From: Candidatus Latescibacterota bacterium
Lineage (GTDB): Bacteria > Latescibacterota > UBA2968 > GCA-2709665
Length of the DNA stretch: 64,000 nt
Assembly (NCBI GenBank): GCA_965208835.1
Contig: OZ242358.1
Span: forward strand, 5,056,001-5,120,000
Direction of reading: 5' to 3'
Part shown: positions 48,225 to 58,585 of the stretch, piece by piece
Position numbering within the stretch: the stretch's first letter is position 1
Layout of the letters: every line of letters begins with the position of its first letter
Position numbers and translations under genes: made by a program
Notes under the pieces: generated by a model
What the model was told of the DNA's origin: nothing
Databases searched by the model: none
What the model saw: the letters and a program-made list of their open reading frames with translations, nothing else

Positions 48225-50639
48225 TCACTCGTACCTGAGCGCGTCCACGGGATTCGCCAGTGCGGCCTTGACCGACTGGGCGCCCACGGTGAGCATGGCG
48301 ATCCCGAGCGCCAGACCGCCGCATAGAATGAAGATTCCAGGCTCAGGATCGATACGATAGGCGAAATTCTGAAGCCACCCGTTCATCACGTAGTAGGCCG
48401 CCGGCCAGGCCAGCAAATTGGCGACCAGAACAAGCTTCACAAATTCACTGGAGAGCAGCAGAGAAAGGTTCGAAACCGACCCCCCCAGGACCTTTCGGAT
48501 GCCGACCTCCCTGGTTCGCCGCGTTACGGACAGTGACGCCAGCCCGAGAAGCCCCAGACAGGAAATCAGGATCGCGAACAGAAACGTATATCCCGTTATC
48601 CTGAACCATCGATCTTCATTCCGGTATTGGCGGGCGAGATTATCTTCCAGGAAGGAATATTGAAATGGGCTTTCGGGCACAACCACCTCCCAGGTTTCCT
48701 TCAGAAACGCGATGCTACCTGCGACGTCCTCAGGCCGGATACGAATCAGGACGAAGGGTCCCCACGACCTTGGCCCGGTGTGCAGCAACAACGGCTTAAT
48801 TTCTCCGCGCAGGGAATCGAAATGGAAATCCTTTACAACGCCGATGACGGTCGGTTCGCCGAGTTGATCCCACGACTCTTGTTTCAGCGTTTTGCCAACG
48901 GGGTTCTCCCATCCGAGCATTCCAGCCAGCTTCTCATTTATCAGCGCGTACGATTTCAGGCTAGACGGCGCTGGTGTGAAATTCCGACCCGCGATTAGCT
49001 GAATCTTCAGGGTCTCAAGATAGTCTTGGTCGATTTGGACAATCCTTGCCTGAACACGCTCGCCGCTCTCCGTTACCAATCTGGTGGTATTGCGGCCGGT
49101 CGTAAACGCCCGATCGCTGATCGTTGCATTGAGTATCCGGGGAGATCTGGATATCTCCGCTTTGTACCGTTCGCTGACCTTGTCTGCGTCCCTCACCATG
49201 GCAGGGACAACGACCACCTGTTCTTCACGATACCCCAGATCTTTTTCTCTTACGTATCTGAGTTGTTCGAACATCATCGCGGCACTGATCATCAGCGTGA
49301 TGGTCAGGCCGTATTGCACAACCATCAGCGCCCTCGATCCCCGGTTTCGCCCACCAATTCCTTTCTGCCCCTTGAGTACCTCCACGGGTTGGATCCGGAG
49401 CAGGACGGCGGCCGGATAACTGCCCGCTACGAGTCCCGCGATGCCCACGATCCCCATGAGAGCCACCATCGTTCCCCAACCGTCCAGGTAGCGGATACTC
49501 AGATTTTTGCGTGCCAGATCATTGAAGACGGGTAAAAACAACTCCGCCAGAGCGATTCCCATCGCCAGAGCAACCATGCTCAAAAACACCGCCTCGCCCA
49601 AAAACTGCTCTACGAGTTGCATCCTTTGGGCTCCGAGCACTTTTCGCATGCCCACCTCGCGCGCGCGGCCCACCAACCGGCCGGCGGTCAGCGTCATATA
49701 ATTGATACACGCAATTGCCAGCACAAGAAGCGCAAGCCCGGACAGCACGTAGGAGTAGAACACGTTGCCTCTGGCTTCGTACGAGTTCCTTCTGACCTTG
49801 GAGTTCAGATAAACGTCTCGCAATGGCTGGATTTGCAGCAAAAACCCGTCGTCCGTTTTCCTCACGCGACCATGCGTCTTGTAGAACTCGATTCTGTCTC
49901 CGAGGTGCTTCTCGGCGAATGGCGGGAGTTCCGCTTCCAGGGCCTTTATATCCTGTCCTTGCACGAGTTGGACGTACACGGAGGCCTTCGCATTCAGCCA
50001 GTCTGAATTAGTCCCATAGTTCTCGTAGTATCCGATCGGGATAAGTAAACTGAATTTCAGGCTGGAAGTCTCGGGAACGTCCAGCATCACACCCGTGACG
50101 GTAAACTCCTTTACTCCAACCATTAGCGGTTTCCCCAAGGCTGCTGTATATCCATCTTCCGGATTCCCGAAGAGCTTGCGGGCGACGGTCTCGCTGATTA
50201 CAGCACCGTCCGGCCGTACCAGGGCCGTCGCAGCGTCTCCTGCGAGGAGCGAAAACGAGAATATCTCCAGAAACTCGGGGTCCACCAGCCCGAAGGATTC
50301 GCGCAAGAAGACCTGGTGGTGTGAGACCTGAGCCCTGGCACGCAGGAATCCGCTTGCCCGCTCCATTCCCGGGAATTCCTCTTTCAGAGATGCTGCAAAC
50401 GTTGTAGGATGAAGGGTTGAATACCCGACACTGCCGTCAGGCCTGGTTTCCTGCACGATCACGCGAAAGATGCGGTCGGCATTCTCGTGGAAGGCATCGT
50501 ATTGCCACTCGTGTCTGACGTAGAGAAAGATCAGAATACAGCAGGCAAGACCGACTGCCAGTCCGAACACGTTGATAAACGCGTACAGCTTCTGCCGGAG
50601 CAGGTGTCGCACGGCCACGATCAGGTAGTTGCGGAACAT
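48225..50639 (-). CDS. MacB/FtsX-family duplicated ABC permease
   Basis: 'REVGMRKVLGA', 'VIGVVKDFHF', 'REVGIRKVLG', 'ANPVDALRYE'. Confidence 0.92.
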   Translation of the reverse strand: MFRNYLIVAVRHLLRQKLYAFINVFGLAVGLACCILIFLYVRHEWQYDAFHENADRIFRVIVQETRPDGSVGYSTLHPTTFAASLKEEFPGMERASGFLRARAQVSHHQVFLRESFGLVDPEFLEIFSFSLLAGDAATALVRPDGAVISETVARKLFGNPEDGYTAALGKPLMVGVKEFTVTGVMLDVPETSSLKFSLLIPIGYYENYGTNSDWLNAKASVYVQLVQGQDIKALEAELPPFAEKHLGDRIEFYKTHGRVRKTDDGFLLQIQPLRDVYLNSKVRRNSYEARGNVFYSYVLSGLALLVLAIACINYMTLTAGRLVGRAREVGMRKVLGAQRMQLVEQFLGEAVFLSMVALAMGIALAELFLPVFNDLARKNLSIRYLDGWGTMVALMGIVGIAGLVAGSYPAAVLLRIQPVEVLKGQKGIGGRNRGSRALMVVQYGLTITLMISAAMMFEQLRYVREKDLGYREEQVVVVPAMVRDADKVSERYKAEISRSPRILNATISDRAFTTGRNTTRLVTESGERVQARIVQIDQDYLETLKIQLIAGRNFTPAPSSLKSYALINEKLAGMLGWENPVGKTLKQESWDQLGEPTVIGVVKDFHFDSLRGEIKPLLLHTGPRSWGPFVLIRIRPEDVAGSIAFLKETWEVVVPESPFQYSFLEDNLARQYRNEDRWFRITGYTFLFAILISCLGLLGLASLSVTRRTREVGIRKVLGGSVSNLSLLLSSEFVKLVLVANLLAWPAAYYVMNGWLQNFAYRIDPEPGIFILCGGLALGIAMLTVGAQSVKAALANPVDALRYE

Positions 50640-50738
50640 CCGAATTCCTCAAGGACCCACAGGGATGTGTGGATTGATCACCAGACGGATGGTATCCGAC
50701 CGCGTTGTGAGTTTCAAGTTCGCGCAGCTTGCATGCAC

Positions 50739-51428
50739 TTAATTCGGCGCTTGTTCCTTGATGTTCTCAGACACCACGTGGCCGTCGAACAGGTGAACGA
50801 CGCGATGGGCGAATCCGGCATCGTGCGCTTTGTGCGTCACCATGACGATGGTCGTTCCGTTCTTGTTCAGTTCCGTCAGCAATCCCATAACTTCATTGCC
50901 GTTGGCGGAATCCAGGTTCCCGGTAGGCTCGTCCGCAAGGATGATCTTCGGATTCGAGATCACCGCCCGCGCCACGGCAACTCGCTGCTGCTGGCCGCCT
51001 GACAGCTGCTGCGGGAAGTGCTTCTCGCGGTGCTTGATGCCCATATACTCCATGGATTCATCCACGCGCTTCCTGCGTTCTTTGGACGGCATCTTCAGGT
51101 ACAGGAGCGGCAGTTCGATATTTTCGGCGACGGTCAGTTCGTCGATCAGATTGAAACTCTGAAACACGAAGCCGATATTCTCTTTCCGGGTATCGGCTCT
51201 TTGCCGCTCCGAATGGCCGGAGACCTCCACGTCGTTCAGGTAATACTCTCCGTCCGTCGGGTTATCCAACAACCCCAGGACGTTCAGCAGCGTGGACTTG
51301 CCACAACCCGACGGCCCCATCACCGCCACGAACTCGCCTTCGCTGATCTCCAGGTTGACGTTTCGCAACGCGGTGGTTTCGACTTCTTCCGTTCGGTACA
51401 CCTTTTGCAGATCAACTGTTTTGATCAT
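50739..51428 (-). CDS. ABC ATPase (LolD/MacB-type)
   Basis: GPSGCGKST, LSGGQQQR, ADEPTGNLD. Confidence 0.95.
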   Translation of the reverse strand: MIKTVDLQKVYRTEEVETTALRNVNLEISEGEFVAVMGPSGCGKSTLLNVLGLLDNPTDGEYYLNDVEVSGHSERQRADTRKENIGFVFQSFNLIDELTVAENIELPLLYLKMPSKERRKRVDESMEYMGIKHREKHFPQQLSGGQQQRVAVARAVISNPKIILADEPTGNLDSANGNEVMGLLTELNKNGTTIVMVTHKAHDAGFAHRVVHLFDGHVVSENIKEQAPN

Positions 51429-51444
51429 CTCGAGGCTCCTTGAA

Positions 51445-52013
51445 AAAGGGTAGACGTAAGACGGGAGAGGGTAGATGATGTGAGTGCCATATCGTCTGAT
51501 TTGTCGCATAAACAATGGCTGCGTTATTGGAACGGATCACGACAAAGTCCTCTTTATCAATCCTGACAGCAAACCAAACAATCGGTTTATTGTTTCTGAT
51601 ATTGATTGAACGTCATCGTCCGAACACAATTGGAGGGTCAGTGCAATCTCAAGATGGGTATCCAATTCGACCAGCGAACTCCTGGCTATTTCGAGAAATC
51701 TCCTGCGTTCGATTTGTGAAGATCTTGCCGATCCCTCGGCGATGTTTGAAGGTATTGAGACAGCAGATCGCCGCAACTGACTGGTAATGCCATAGATTTC
51801 GGTGGAAGGAAATCCAGAAGTCAGGGTGTAAATCTCGTTCACCAGTTCGATGCTCTTTTTCCACACTACAAGCTTCTTGTGGCTGAGTTCCATCATCGTG
51901 TCTTGGCTCTATTCCGTTTGGCCTTGCGAATAACCAGGTGACAAGGTCTTTCCTCTAATGACTGCCAATGAAAGGGTAGACGTAAGACGGGAGACGGTAG
52001 ATGATGTGTGTGC
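51445..52013 (+). repeat. 43-bp direct repeats (heptad arm) flanking the four-helix-bundle gene
   Basis: AAAGGGTAGACGTAAGACGGGAGA(G/C)GGTAGATGATGTG(A/T)GTGC at 51445-51487 and 51971-52013. Confidence 0.9.
51537..51896 (-). CDS. Four-helix-bundle protein (23S rRNA IVS protein / bAvd-like family)
   Basis: 'LVVWKKS', 'FPSTEIYGITSQLRRSAVSIPSNIAEG', 'FLEIARSSLVELDT'. Confidence 0.92.
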   Translation of the reverse strand: MMELSHKKLVVWKKSIELVNEIYTLTSGFPSTEIYGITSQLRRSAVSIPSNIAEGSARSSQIERRRFLEIARSSLVELDTHLEIALTLQLCSDDDVQSISETINRLFGLLSGLIKRTLS

Positions 52014-52190
52014 TTGAAAGTTCCAGTGGTCGAAACAGCAGTGGCTATGCAATCTGCACGGGTTAAGTGGATACGTTGTTGTGCCAATCTCAAGACCATG
52101 GCGTATGTGTTTCAAATTGGCGTTCCGGCGCTATCCTTTTTGACCCGCCACGGGACCAGGTAGCGAGGTTCTTTCTCCTACTTCTTCCCG

Positions 52191-52310
52191 AGGTTAGACG
52201 TAAGAGTTTAGAGATGGCCCGCCTCGTTGGGTTTCAATTTATGCCGGAGGCATAGAGGTAGAACAGATCGGCAATGATCTCTTCTCCCGTCTACCCTCTC
52301 CCGTCTCCCC
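52191..52310. repeat. Heptad-armed hairpin element, copy 5 (diverged)
   Basis: GTTAGACGTAAGA arm; core ATGCCGGAGGCAT; inverted TCTCCCG/TCTACCC arm. Confidence 0.75.
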
Positions 52311-52337
52311 ACTCTTAGGCTTCTCACCTCTTCCCTC

Positions 52338-53780
52338 TCACCGCTGTAACACCAGCTTATCGATTTCCTCATAATTCTCGTACGACGACGTGACTACCTG
52401 TTCCCCGGGCGACAGGCCCTCGAGCACTTCGAAATACTCGGGGTTCTGGCGTCCGATACGGACCTTGCGTCGGACGGCCAGGTCGCCTTCCACCACGAAG
52501 ACCCAGTTGCCGCCGGTGGTCTGATAGAATCCGCCCCTCGGCAACAGCAACGCTTCTTCGGGCGCGTCCAGTTCCAGTCGAATCTGCTCCGTCTGTCCGC
52601 GGCGGATGCTTCGAGGCGCTTCACCCACGAAATCCATGTCGACCTCGAACTGCCCCTCCTTCACCTCCGGGAAGACCCGGCGGATTTTCAACTCGAAGAT
52701 CTCTTCGTCGATTTCAATCGTCCCCCGGAGTCCCGCTGTAATCCTCGTAATGTAGAATTCATCGATCGCTGCGCGCATCTTGTACGCGTCGAGGACGTCG
52801 ATCTGGCCGATGCTGGTCCCCTTCCCGATCAGTTTGCCGATCTCGGCGTTGAGCTGTGACAGTTGACCTGCGATCGGAGCGCGGACGGTCAGGTTTCTCA
52901 AGGGTCGGCGCACGTCATCCAGTTGAAGCTGCAGGCTGCGTGCGCGCTTCTGCAGGGCAGCGAGTTCGTTGACGCGATACATGGAGTCGCGTCGAATGGT
53001 CTCCACCATGAACACCTTGAGCTTTTGAGCGTGTTCGTACTTTTCTCTTGCTTCGTTGAATTTGTTTCGCGAGGCGAGGTTGTTTTCGAACAGCGCTTCC
53101 TCTCTCCGAAAATCGCGTTCCGACTTCTGAAGGTCCAGTTCGATGTCCATCAGCGATCGCTTGCGCTGAATATCCTGGATCTCCTGGTTCAGACGCGTGT
53201 TTTCCATTCGGTTGATCTGCTCGAACAGCTGCGCTTCCTGGCTCAACACGGTCTGTTCCAGGGTCGGATTCGACATCCGCAGGATTGGCGTGCCCTGTTC
53301 GACCATCGCCCCCACTTCCAGGTAGATCTCCTCCACCTGCCCGCCTTCCAGCGCATCCAGGTAGTGCGTCTGAATGGGCATCACCGTGCCGCGCTGGGGG
53401 ATAAACTCCTGGAATGGACCGATGGTGACTTCGGATATCGTGATTCGCTCGGCCTGCACGTTGAGCCTTGCGCTGTGGTCGCCGAAGATGGCCATATAGA
53501 GTACCAGCCCCACAAAGCCCACGACCGCCACGACGCTGATAATGCGCTTCGGCGTCAACAGCTTCTTCTCGATCCTGCGGTCCATGCCCCCGGTTGGCGT
53601 CTCCCGTCCCGACGCGGAAGTACCCGGATTCACGAATCCGGGGACCGGTTTGTCTCCGCCTACCGAGTCCGCCGGATCTTGAGACGCCTCCCGATCGGAA
53701 GCCTGATGATCGGAGGACGCGTCAGATCGATTCAGCCGCAACACGCGTCCCTTTTCCTTCTTTGGTTTTTTCTCTTCCAT
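52338..53780 (-). CDS. Efflux periplasmic adaptor (HlyD/MacA family)
   Basis: TM anchor; 'EGGQVEEI', 'VRAPIAG', 'EVLEGLSPGEQVV'. Confidence 0.9.
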   Translation of the reverse strand: MEEKKPKKEKGRVLRLNRSDASSDHQASDREASQDPADSVGGDKPVPGFVNPGTSASGRETPTGGMDRRIEKKLLTPKRIISVVAVVGFVGLVLYMAIFGDHSARLNVQAERITISEVTIGPFQEFIPQRGTVMPIQTHYLDALEGGQVEEIYLEVGAMVEQGTPILRMSNPTLEQTVLSQEAQLFEQINRMENTRLNQEIQDIQRKRSLMDIELDLQKSERDFRREEALFENNLASRNKFNEAREKYEHAQKLKVFMVETIRRDSMYRVNELAALQKRARSLQLQLDDVRRPLRNLTVRAPIAGQLSQLNAEIGKLIGKGTSIGQIDVLDAYKMRAAIDEFYITRITAGLRGTIEIDEEIFELKIRRVFPEVKEGQFEVDMDFVGEAPRSIRRGQTEQIRLELDAPEEALLLPRGGFYQTTGGNWVFVVEGDLAVRRKVRIGRQNPEYFEVLEGLSPGEQVVTSSYENYEEIDKLVLQR

Positions 53781-53841
53781 CGTCTTGCCTTAACATCCCG
53801 TTGAAACGCCGGGTTCAGCTTTTTCAGATTTCAGGCCACTC

Positions 53842-54453
53842 CTATGAACTCCCCGTCACCCCCAGCCGTTCGACCTCCCGCTTCAACCCGTGGCGCCCCC
53901 TGTACAACCAGACTTTCAGCGTTCCCGCCGGTACCTGCAGCTGCTCGACGATTTCATCATACGAACGTTCCATGAGATAATGGAGACAGATCGCCTCCCG
54001 GTGGCGTTCCGGCAGCGTCCGGATGCTCCGCGCCACGATTTCCCTGCGTTCCTTCCGGACCAACGCCGTTTCGGGATCCTGGGCGGGCACCGGCAGCCAA
54101 CGCGCCTGGAGCGCGGGCACGGCATCCTCAACCTCGCTCAACCAGATCTTCCGCTTTTTCAGGGACCGCAGGTAATTGGTACACTCATTCATTGCGATGC
54201 GCGTAAGCCACGTGGTGAATGCGGCATTCCCGCGAAACCCTGCCAACCCCAGAAACGCCTTGATGAAGACCATCTGGACAAGATCTTCGGCCTCATCCGC
54301 ATTCCTCGCGCATCGGTGCACGAGCGCATGCACACGGTCACGGTGGCGCCTGAATAGGACCTGAAAAGCCAAATCGTCACCGGCAATCGCCCGATCGATC
54401 ACCGCCGCGTCGGATTCAGGCGCGACGTGCAAGTTCTTGTATTCACATTTCAT
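53842..54453 (-). CDS. ECF sigma-70 factor
   Basis: 'AEDLVQMVFIKAF', 'FTTWLTRIAMN', 'SYDEI...GTLKVWLYRGR'. Confidence 0.92.
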   Translation of the reverse strand: MKCEYKNLHVAPESDAAVIDRAIAGDDLAFQVLFRRHRDRVHALVHRCARNADEAEDLVQMVFIKAFLGLAGFRGNAAFTTWLTRIAMNECTNYLRSLKKRKIWLSEVEDAVPALQARWLPVPAQDPETALVRKERREIVARSIRTLPERHREAICLHYLMERSYDEIVEQLQVPAGTLKVWLYRGRHGLKREVERLGVTGSS

Positions 54454-54518
54454 CGTAAAGGGTATTCACTCCGTTTTGCGTCGTTCGTACGGATTTGACC
54501 GACCTCATATCCATAAGA

Positions 54519-54635
54519 AGCGACAACCGTGCCAAGATTCATTTCCATATAATTTTCAACTGTTTATCCATTATTCTTGAGAAGATGCGACGAACAAGTG
54601 TTCGATTTTGATACACTGATGTCCGAAAACGGACA
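54519..54635 (-). promoter_or_regulatory. sigma54 promoter plus upstream enhancer-like box
   Basis: TGGCACG-GTTG-TCGCT (54519-54534); 42-bp box at 54594-54635 shared with 58661-58702. Confidence 0.75.
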
Positions 54636-54662
54636 TCATCGAGTACGCCGACAGAGGAAGTT

Positions 54663-57002
54663 TCACTCCGTTCGCAGCGCATCCACCGGATTCGCCCACG
54701 CCGCCCGGACGGCTTGGACGCTCACGGTCAGCAGCACAGCCAGCAGCACGAACGCCGCGCCTATCGCAAAGGAAGGAATGTCCGGGTCGATCCGGTACGC
54801 GAAATCCTGCAGCCATCGTTCCGTCGCATAATACGCCGCGGGGAACGCGATCAGACTCGCAATGACCACGAGCTTAACGAAATCCCTGGATAACAGGGAG
54901 ACAATCCCGGACGCATGGGCGCCCAGGACCTTCCGGATCCCAATCTCCCGGGTCCGCCTGGCCACTGCAAGGGCCGTGAGTCCGAACGCGCCGAGACAGG
55001 CGATGAAGATCGCCAGCAGCGTAGCATATCCAAGAATGCGGCTCAATCGTTCCTCTTTCCAGTACTGCCTGTCCAGTTCATCGTCTAGAAAGAAATAGCG
55101 AAACTCGCGGCCCGGCGCGACCTTCCGCCACTTTTCCTCGAGGAAGGCCAGTGTACCGGGCACGTTCTCAGGACGGATCCTGACAAGCATCTGATAGGTG
55201 TGGCGCGGAAGGAAAGTCAACACCATAGGCCCGATTTTGTGATGCAAAGACCGAAAATGAAAGTCCTGTACCACTCCGATAACAGTAAAGTTTCGGTTGT
55301 TTCCCCGCAGCGTCCTGCCTGTGATCGGACCTTCCCACCCCAGACGATGGACCAGCGACTCGTTGATGATAACGAACCTCGATGAACCCGGCTTACGTGG
55401 ATCGAAATCGACGCCTTCCACGAGCGATACGCCCATGGTCTCCAGAAAATCATGGCCGACACTGATGTGTTCTACATCGATCTTTTTTCCTTCATGTTCG
55501 ACAATATCATGGATTCTCGTCCTGTTGCTCAGGGTGTGACTGGTGGCCGTTACACCCAGAATCATATGGTGTCCTGACAACTCGTTCCGGTAAACCTCGG
55601 TCAGTCCCGTACCCGGCTGCAGCGTATCAAATGCATCGATGCGCACAAGATGTTCACTGTCAAACCCCAGGGGTTTCGACCTCAGGAAATCAAACTGCCT
55701 GACCATTAGCAGCGCCGTGACGACGAGGGACACGGACAGGACGAATTGCAATACCATCAGCGCACGCCCGAATCGGTTCGGCCCACCGAGCCGCATGCGG
55801 CCTTTCAATGCCGCAGCAGGCGGGACCCCTGACAGCACGAAGGCAGGGTAGCCGCCCGCGGTCAGTCCGACGATTACGATGATTCCAACCAGAAAAGCCA
55901 GACCCCCACCGTCGACTTGATCGCCCAAAGCAAGGTCGGTGACAACAATACTATTGAAAGCCGGAAGGAGAAGCTCCGTTAAACCAACGCCGGCAATGAG
56001 CGCGATAAGGCATAGTAGCGTCGATTCTCCGAGAAACTGCGTCCTCAGCTGGATTTGAGACGCGCCCGCCACCTTCCGCATCGCCACCTCCCGGTCGCGG
56101 TAGTAAGATCGGCCCACAGCAAGGGTAATGAAATTCACACAGGCAATCGTGAGGACGAGGAGAGCGATACCGAGCAGAATTAAAGATAGCGCCGGGTTTC
56201 CTGATCCATCGGGTCCGCGTTTACCGCGGTTGAGATGCATCTCCAGCAGTGGCTGCAAGGTGATTGACTCGTTCCGCCGCTCTCCCCGGTTTGCCCTGAG
56301 TAACTTTGTAGATTGGTCTTCGACATCCGCCGGACGTTTGTTTTCTGAAAGCAATACAAATGTCTGGGTAGAGTTCATTGACCAGCTACGCGTCTTGCCT
56401 CTATCCGCAATCGGGGCCAGAAAATCAAACCGAATGCTGGAATTCTTCGGTATGGATTTCGCAATCCCGGTGATAACGAAGTCCCGGACCACCGGTTGCC
56501 GCCCCGCCATCTCCACGGAAAGGACTTTACCAATGGGGTCTTCGTCGCCGAAATACTTCCGAGATGCCGCTTCCGTGACAATTAGAGAGTAGGGATCCTC
56601 CATGACCGACGCCGGATCTCCACGGAGGAGAGGAAAGGTGAACACATCCAAAATCGCCGGATCGGCAATTCTGAAAATTCCGTGAATGGTGCGGTCCCGG
56701 TACTTCACAGAGGAAAAGCCCCAGCCCAACCTCACGGCACGAACGTCTGGAAACGCCTCTTCCAGCGCCGGCCCAAACGCGTCGGGCGTCTCCCCACTCA
56801 TACCCGTACGGTCAATGAGGCAGGCCCTGTAGATCCGGCCCGCATTCTCGTGGAACGCATCGAACGTCCACTGGCGCCGTACAAACAGAAACGCGAGAAT
56901 ACAGAATGCGATTCCGATGGAAAGGCCTGCCACGTTGATCAGGGAGTAGACCTTGTGCCGCATGAGATTGCGATACGCAACGATCAGGTAATTTCGGAGC
57001 AT
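54663..57002 (-). CDS. MacB/FtsX-family duplicated ABC permease
   Basis: 'VIGVVQDFHF', 'REIGIRKVLGA', 'ANPVDALRTE'. Confidence 0.92.
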   Translation of the reverse strand: MLRNYLIVAYRNLMRHKVYSLINVAGLSIGIAFCILAFLFVRRQWTFDAFHENAGRIYRACLIDRTGMSGETPDAFGPALEEAFPDVRAVRLGWGFSSVKYRDRTIHGIFRIADPAILDVFTFPLLRGDPASVMEDPYSLIVTEAASRKYFGDEDPIGKVLSVEMAGRQPVVRDFVITGIAKSIPKNSSIRFDFLAPIADRGKTRSWSMNSTQTFVLLSENKRPADVEDQSTKLLRANRGERRNESITLQPLLEMHLNRGKRGPDGSGNPALSLILLGIALLVLTIACVNFITLAVGRSYYRDREVAMRKVAGASQIQLRTQFLGESTLLCLIALIAGVGLTELLLPAFNSIVVTDLALGDQVDGGGLAFLVGIIVIVGLTAGGYPAFVLSGVPPAAALKGRMRLGGPNRFGRALMVLQFVLSVSLVVTALLMVRQFDFLRSKPLGFDSEHLVRIDAFDTLQPGTGLTEVYRNELSGHHMILGVTATSHTLSNRTRIHDIVEHEGKKIDVEHISVGHDFLETMGVSLVEGVDFDPRKPGSSRFVIINESLVHRLGWEGPITGRTLRGNNRNFTVIGVVQDFHFRSLHHKIGPMVLTFLPRHTYQMLVRIRPENVPGTLAFLEEKWRKVAPGREFRYFFLDDELDRQYWKEERLSRILGYATLLAIFIACLGAFGLTALAVARRTREIGIRKVLGAHASGIVSLLSRDFVKLVVIASLIAFPAAYYATERWLQDFAYRIDPDIPSFAIGAAFVLLAVLLTVSVQAVRAAWANPVDALRTE

Positions 57003-57099
57003 GGGTCCCGTGCCCTTGAGGGTGTGACTCGTACGTCAAACGGGTTCGTGGATTCACTTTCACGTACTCTGTAGAGACGTTCAAGAAGTGGGTGCGAAG

Positions 57100-57125
57100 G
57101 TGGGGCAGACATTCCTGTCTGCCCA
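57100..57125 (+). repeat. GTGG-type REP-like palindrome
   Basis: GTGGGGCAGACATTCCTGTCTGCCCA; second copy at 62263-62289. Confidence 0.7.
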
Positions 57126-57173
57126 TAACGATGCGCGACACTGGCCACTCCCAGTTGTCGGAGAGCTACAGGC

Positions 57174-57998
57174 CTATCGCTCCTTCAACCGAATGGAACC
57201 ATTTACCGTCCTCAGATGAATCAGTTCCCCGCCGCCGTTGATGACGCCGTCGACGGACTTGCTGATGAGCCCCTTCACGGTAACCGGAAAAACCGTATTG
57301 ATCTTTCCGTTTACCGTGGATGCTTTCAGGTTTGCTTTCAGGCCTTTTGGCAGCGTCACCTCGATGCCGCCGTTTGTCGTTGCCGCGCGGATCTCGTGTT
57401 GTTGCTCTCCGCTCCCGCCAACCTCCGCCTTGATGCTGCCGTTCGCTGTTTTCGCGTTGATCGGACCCAGCACCTCCAGGAGACCGATCTTGCCGTTCGT
57501 CGTCTTTGCCTGAATTGTGCCAACGATGCCGGTAAGCTCGATGCGACCGTTGGATGTCTTGGCTTCGACTGCTCCCGATACATCGTCGACGTCTACGCGT
57601 CCATTGACCGTTTTCACTTCCAGATCGATCTTTCTGGGTACGGTCACTATATAGGCGACGCTGACGTTCCGGTTCCTTCCTGGCTTTTTGGGCGCGGCCG
57701 TGCGGATGTCAATCACCGCTTCAGTCCGGTCGAGCTGCACCGTGGTCTTATCCAGAAGCAGCCGTGCCTCTTCTTCGCTTTCGGCACGCGCGCGCTTGAC
57801 CGCCTTCATCTTTACTTCGTGCCGGTCCCATGAACCGATCGTTATATCCCCGTTCACGTTGACAATCGTGATTCGTCCCCCCGGCGCAAACTCGACGGAA
57901 CGCTCGACGACCTCCTCCATGACACTCTTGCCAGCACCGCAGCCGGCTGGCGTCAGAGAGAAGATGAACATCGCGATCAGAATGGGAGCAAGTTTCAT
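57174..57998 (-). CDS. DUF4097-family beta-strand repeat protein
   Basis: Repeated 'KT(V/S/T/A)NG.I' units; signal peptide. Confidence 0.85.
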   Translation of the reverse strand: MKLAPILIAMFIFSLTPAGCGAGKSVMEEVVERSVEFAPGGRITIVNVNGDITIGSWDRHEVKMKAVKRARAESEEEARLLLDKTTVQLDRTEAVIDIRTAAPKKPGRNRNVSVAYIVTVPRKIDLEVKTVNGRVDVDDVSGAVEAKTSNGRIELTGIVGTIQAKTTNGKIGLLEVLGPINAKTANGSIKAEVGGSGEQQHEIRAATTNGGIEVTLPKGLKANLKASTVNGKINTVFPVTVKGLISKSVDGVINGGGELIHLRTVNGSIRLKER

Positions 57999-58107
57999 GC
58001 GACAGTCACCTCCTGGTTCGGCTATCGAATACAGCTCGTCTTACAGGTCAAGAATCATGTCCGAAATGCAGTTTCAACTACAGAGGGTTATATTTCTCGA
58101 CAAATCC

Positions 58108-58512
58108 CTAGAATAACCATGTACCTGGATTTGGGTACGCCTCGTCCCGCAACTCGTATATCAGACCCTTTATACACCGGACGATCGTCCAGATCACGCC
58201 GAATATCCATCCGGCTGAGCCTGCCGCAATCATCAGGCCCATCAGGCCGAAATCGCTAGAGAACACGAACCCGATCGAAGAAACAATGACCGCGAAGGCG
58301 ATCAGGATGTACAGCCATCCGATCCAGAACGTCCGAATCTGAAACCGGTAGTGCGAAACCAGCCGATCCGGCGCATCCTGACGGCACACATAGGCGAGCA
58401 CGACGCCCGCCAATTCTCCGAGAGGACCGATAAAAAACTTGGCCAGGAAGAGAACGTAAACGACCCTTGCCACGGATATCGTGTCCAAATATCGCTGTAC
58501 CGTATCAGGCAT
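58108..58512 (-). CDS. Small membrane protein (DUF4870-like)
   Basis: 'GVVLAYV..SHYRFQIRTFWIG...RCIKGL...YPNPGTW'. Confidence 0.75.
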   Translation of the reverse strand: MPDTVQRYLDTISVARVVYVLFLAKFFIGPLGELAGVVLAYVCRQDAPDRLVSHYRFQIRTFWIGWLYILIAFAVIVSSIGFVFSSDFGLMGLMIAAGSAGWIFGVIWTIVRCIKGLIYELRDEAYPNPGTWLF

Positions 58513-58585
58513 CGTGTCCTCCTTCATCGAGAGACACCCGGATCGAAGATTGAGGATCGCCGGACGTCCCCGCGGCTTAACCGAT

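Noticed and set aside
51537-51896. DGR or 23S rRNA intervening sequence
   Set aside because: No reverse transcriptase, TR/VR pair or rRNA sequence seen in the window.
52070-52090. Third sigma54 promoter (TGGCAC) upstream of the four-helix-bundle gene
   Set aside because: No GC at -12 and no upstream box.
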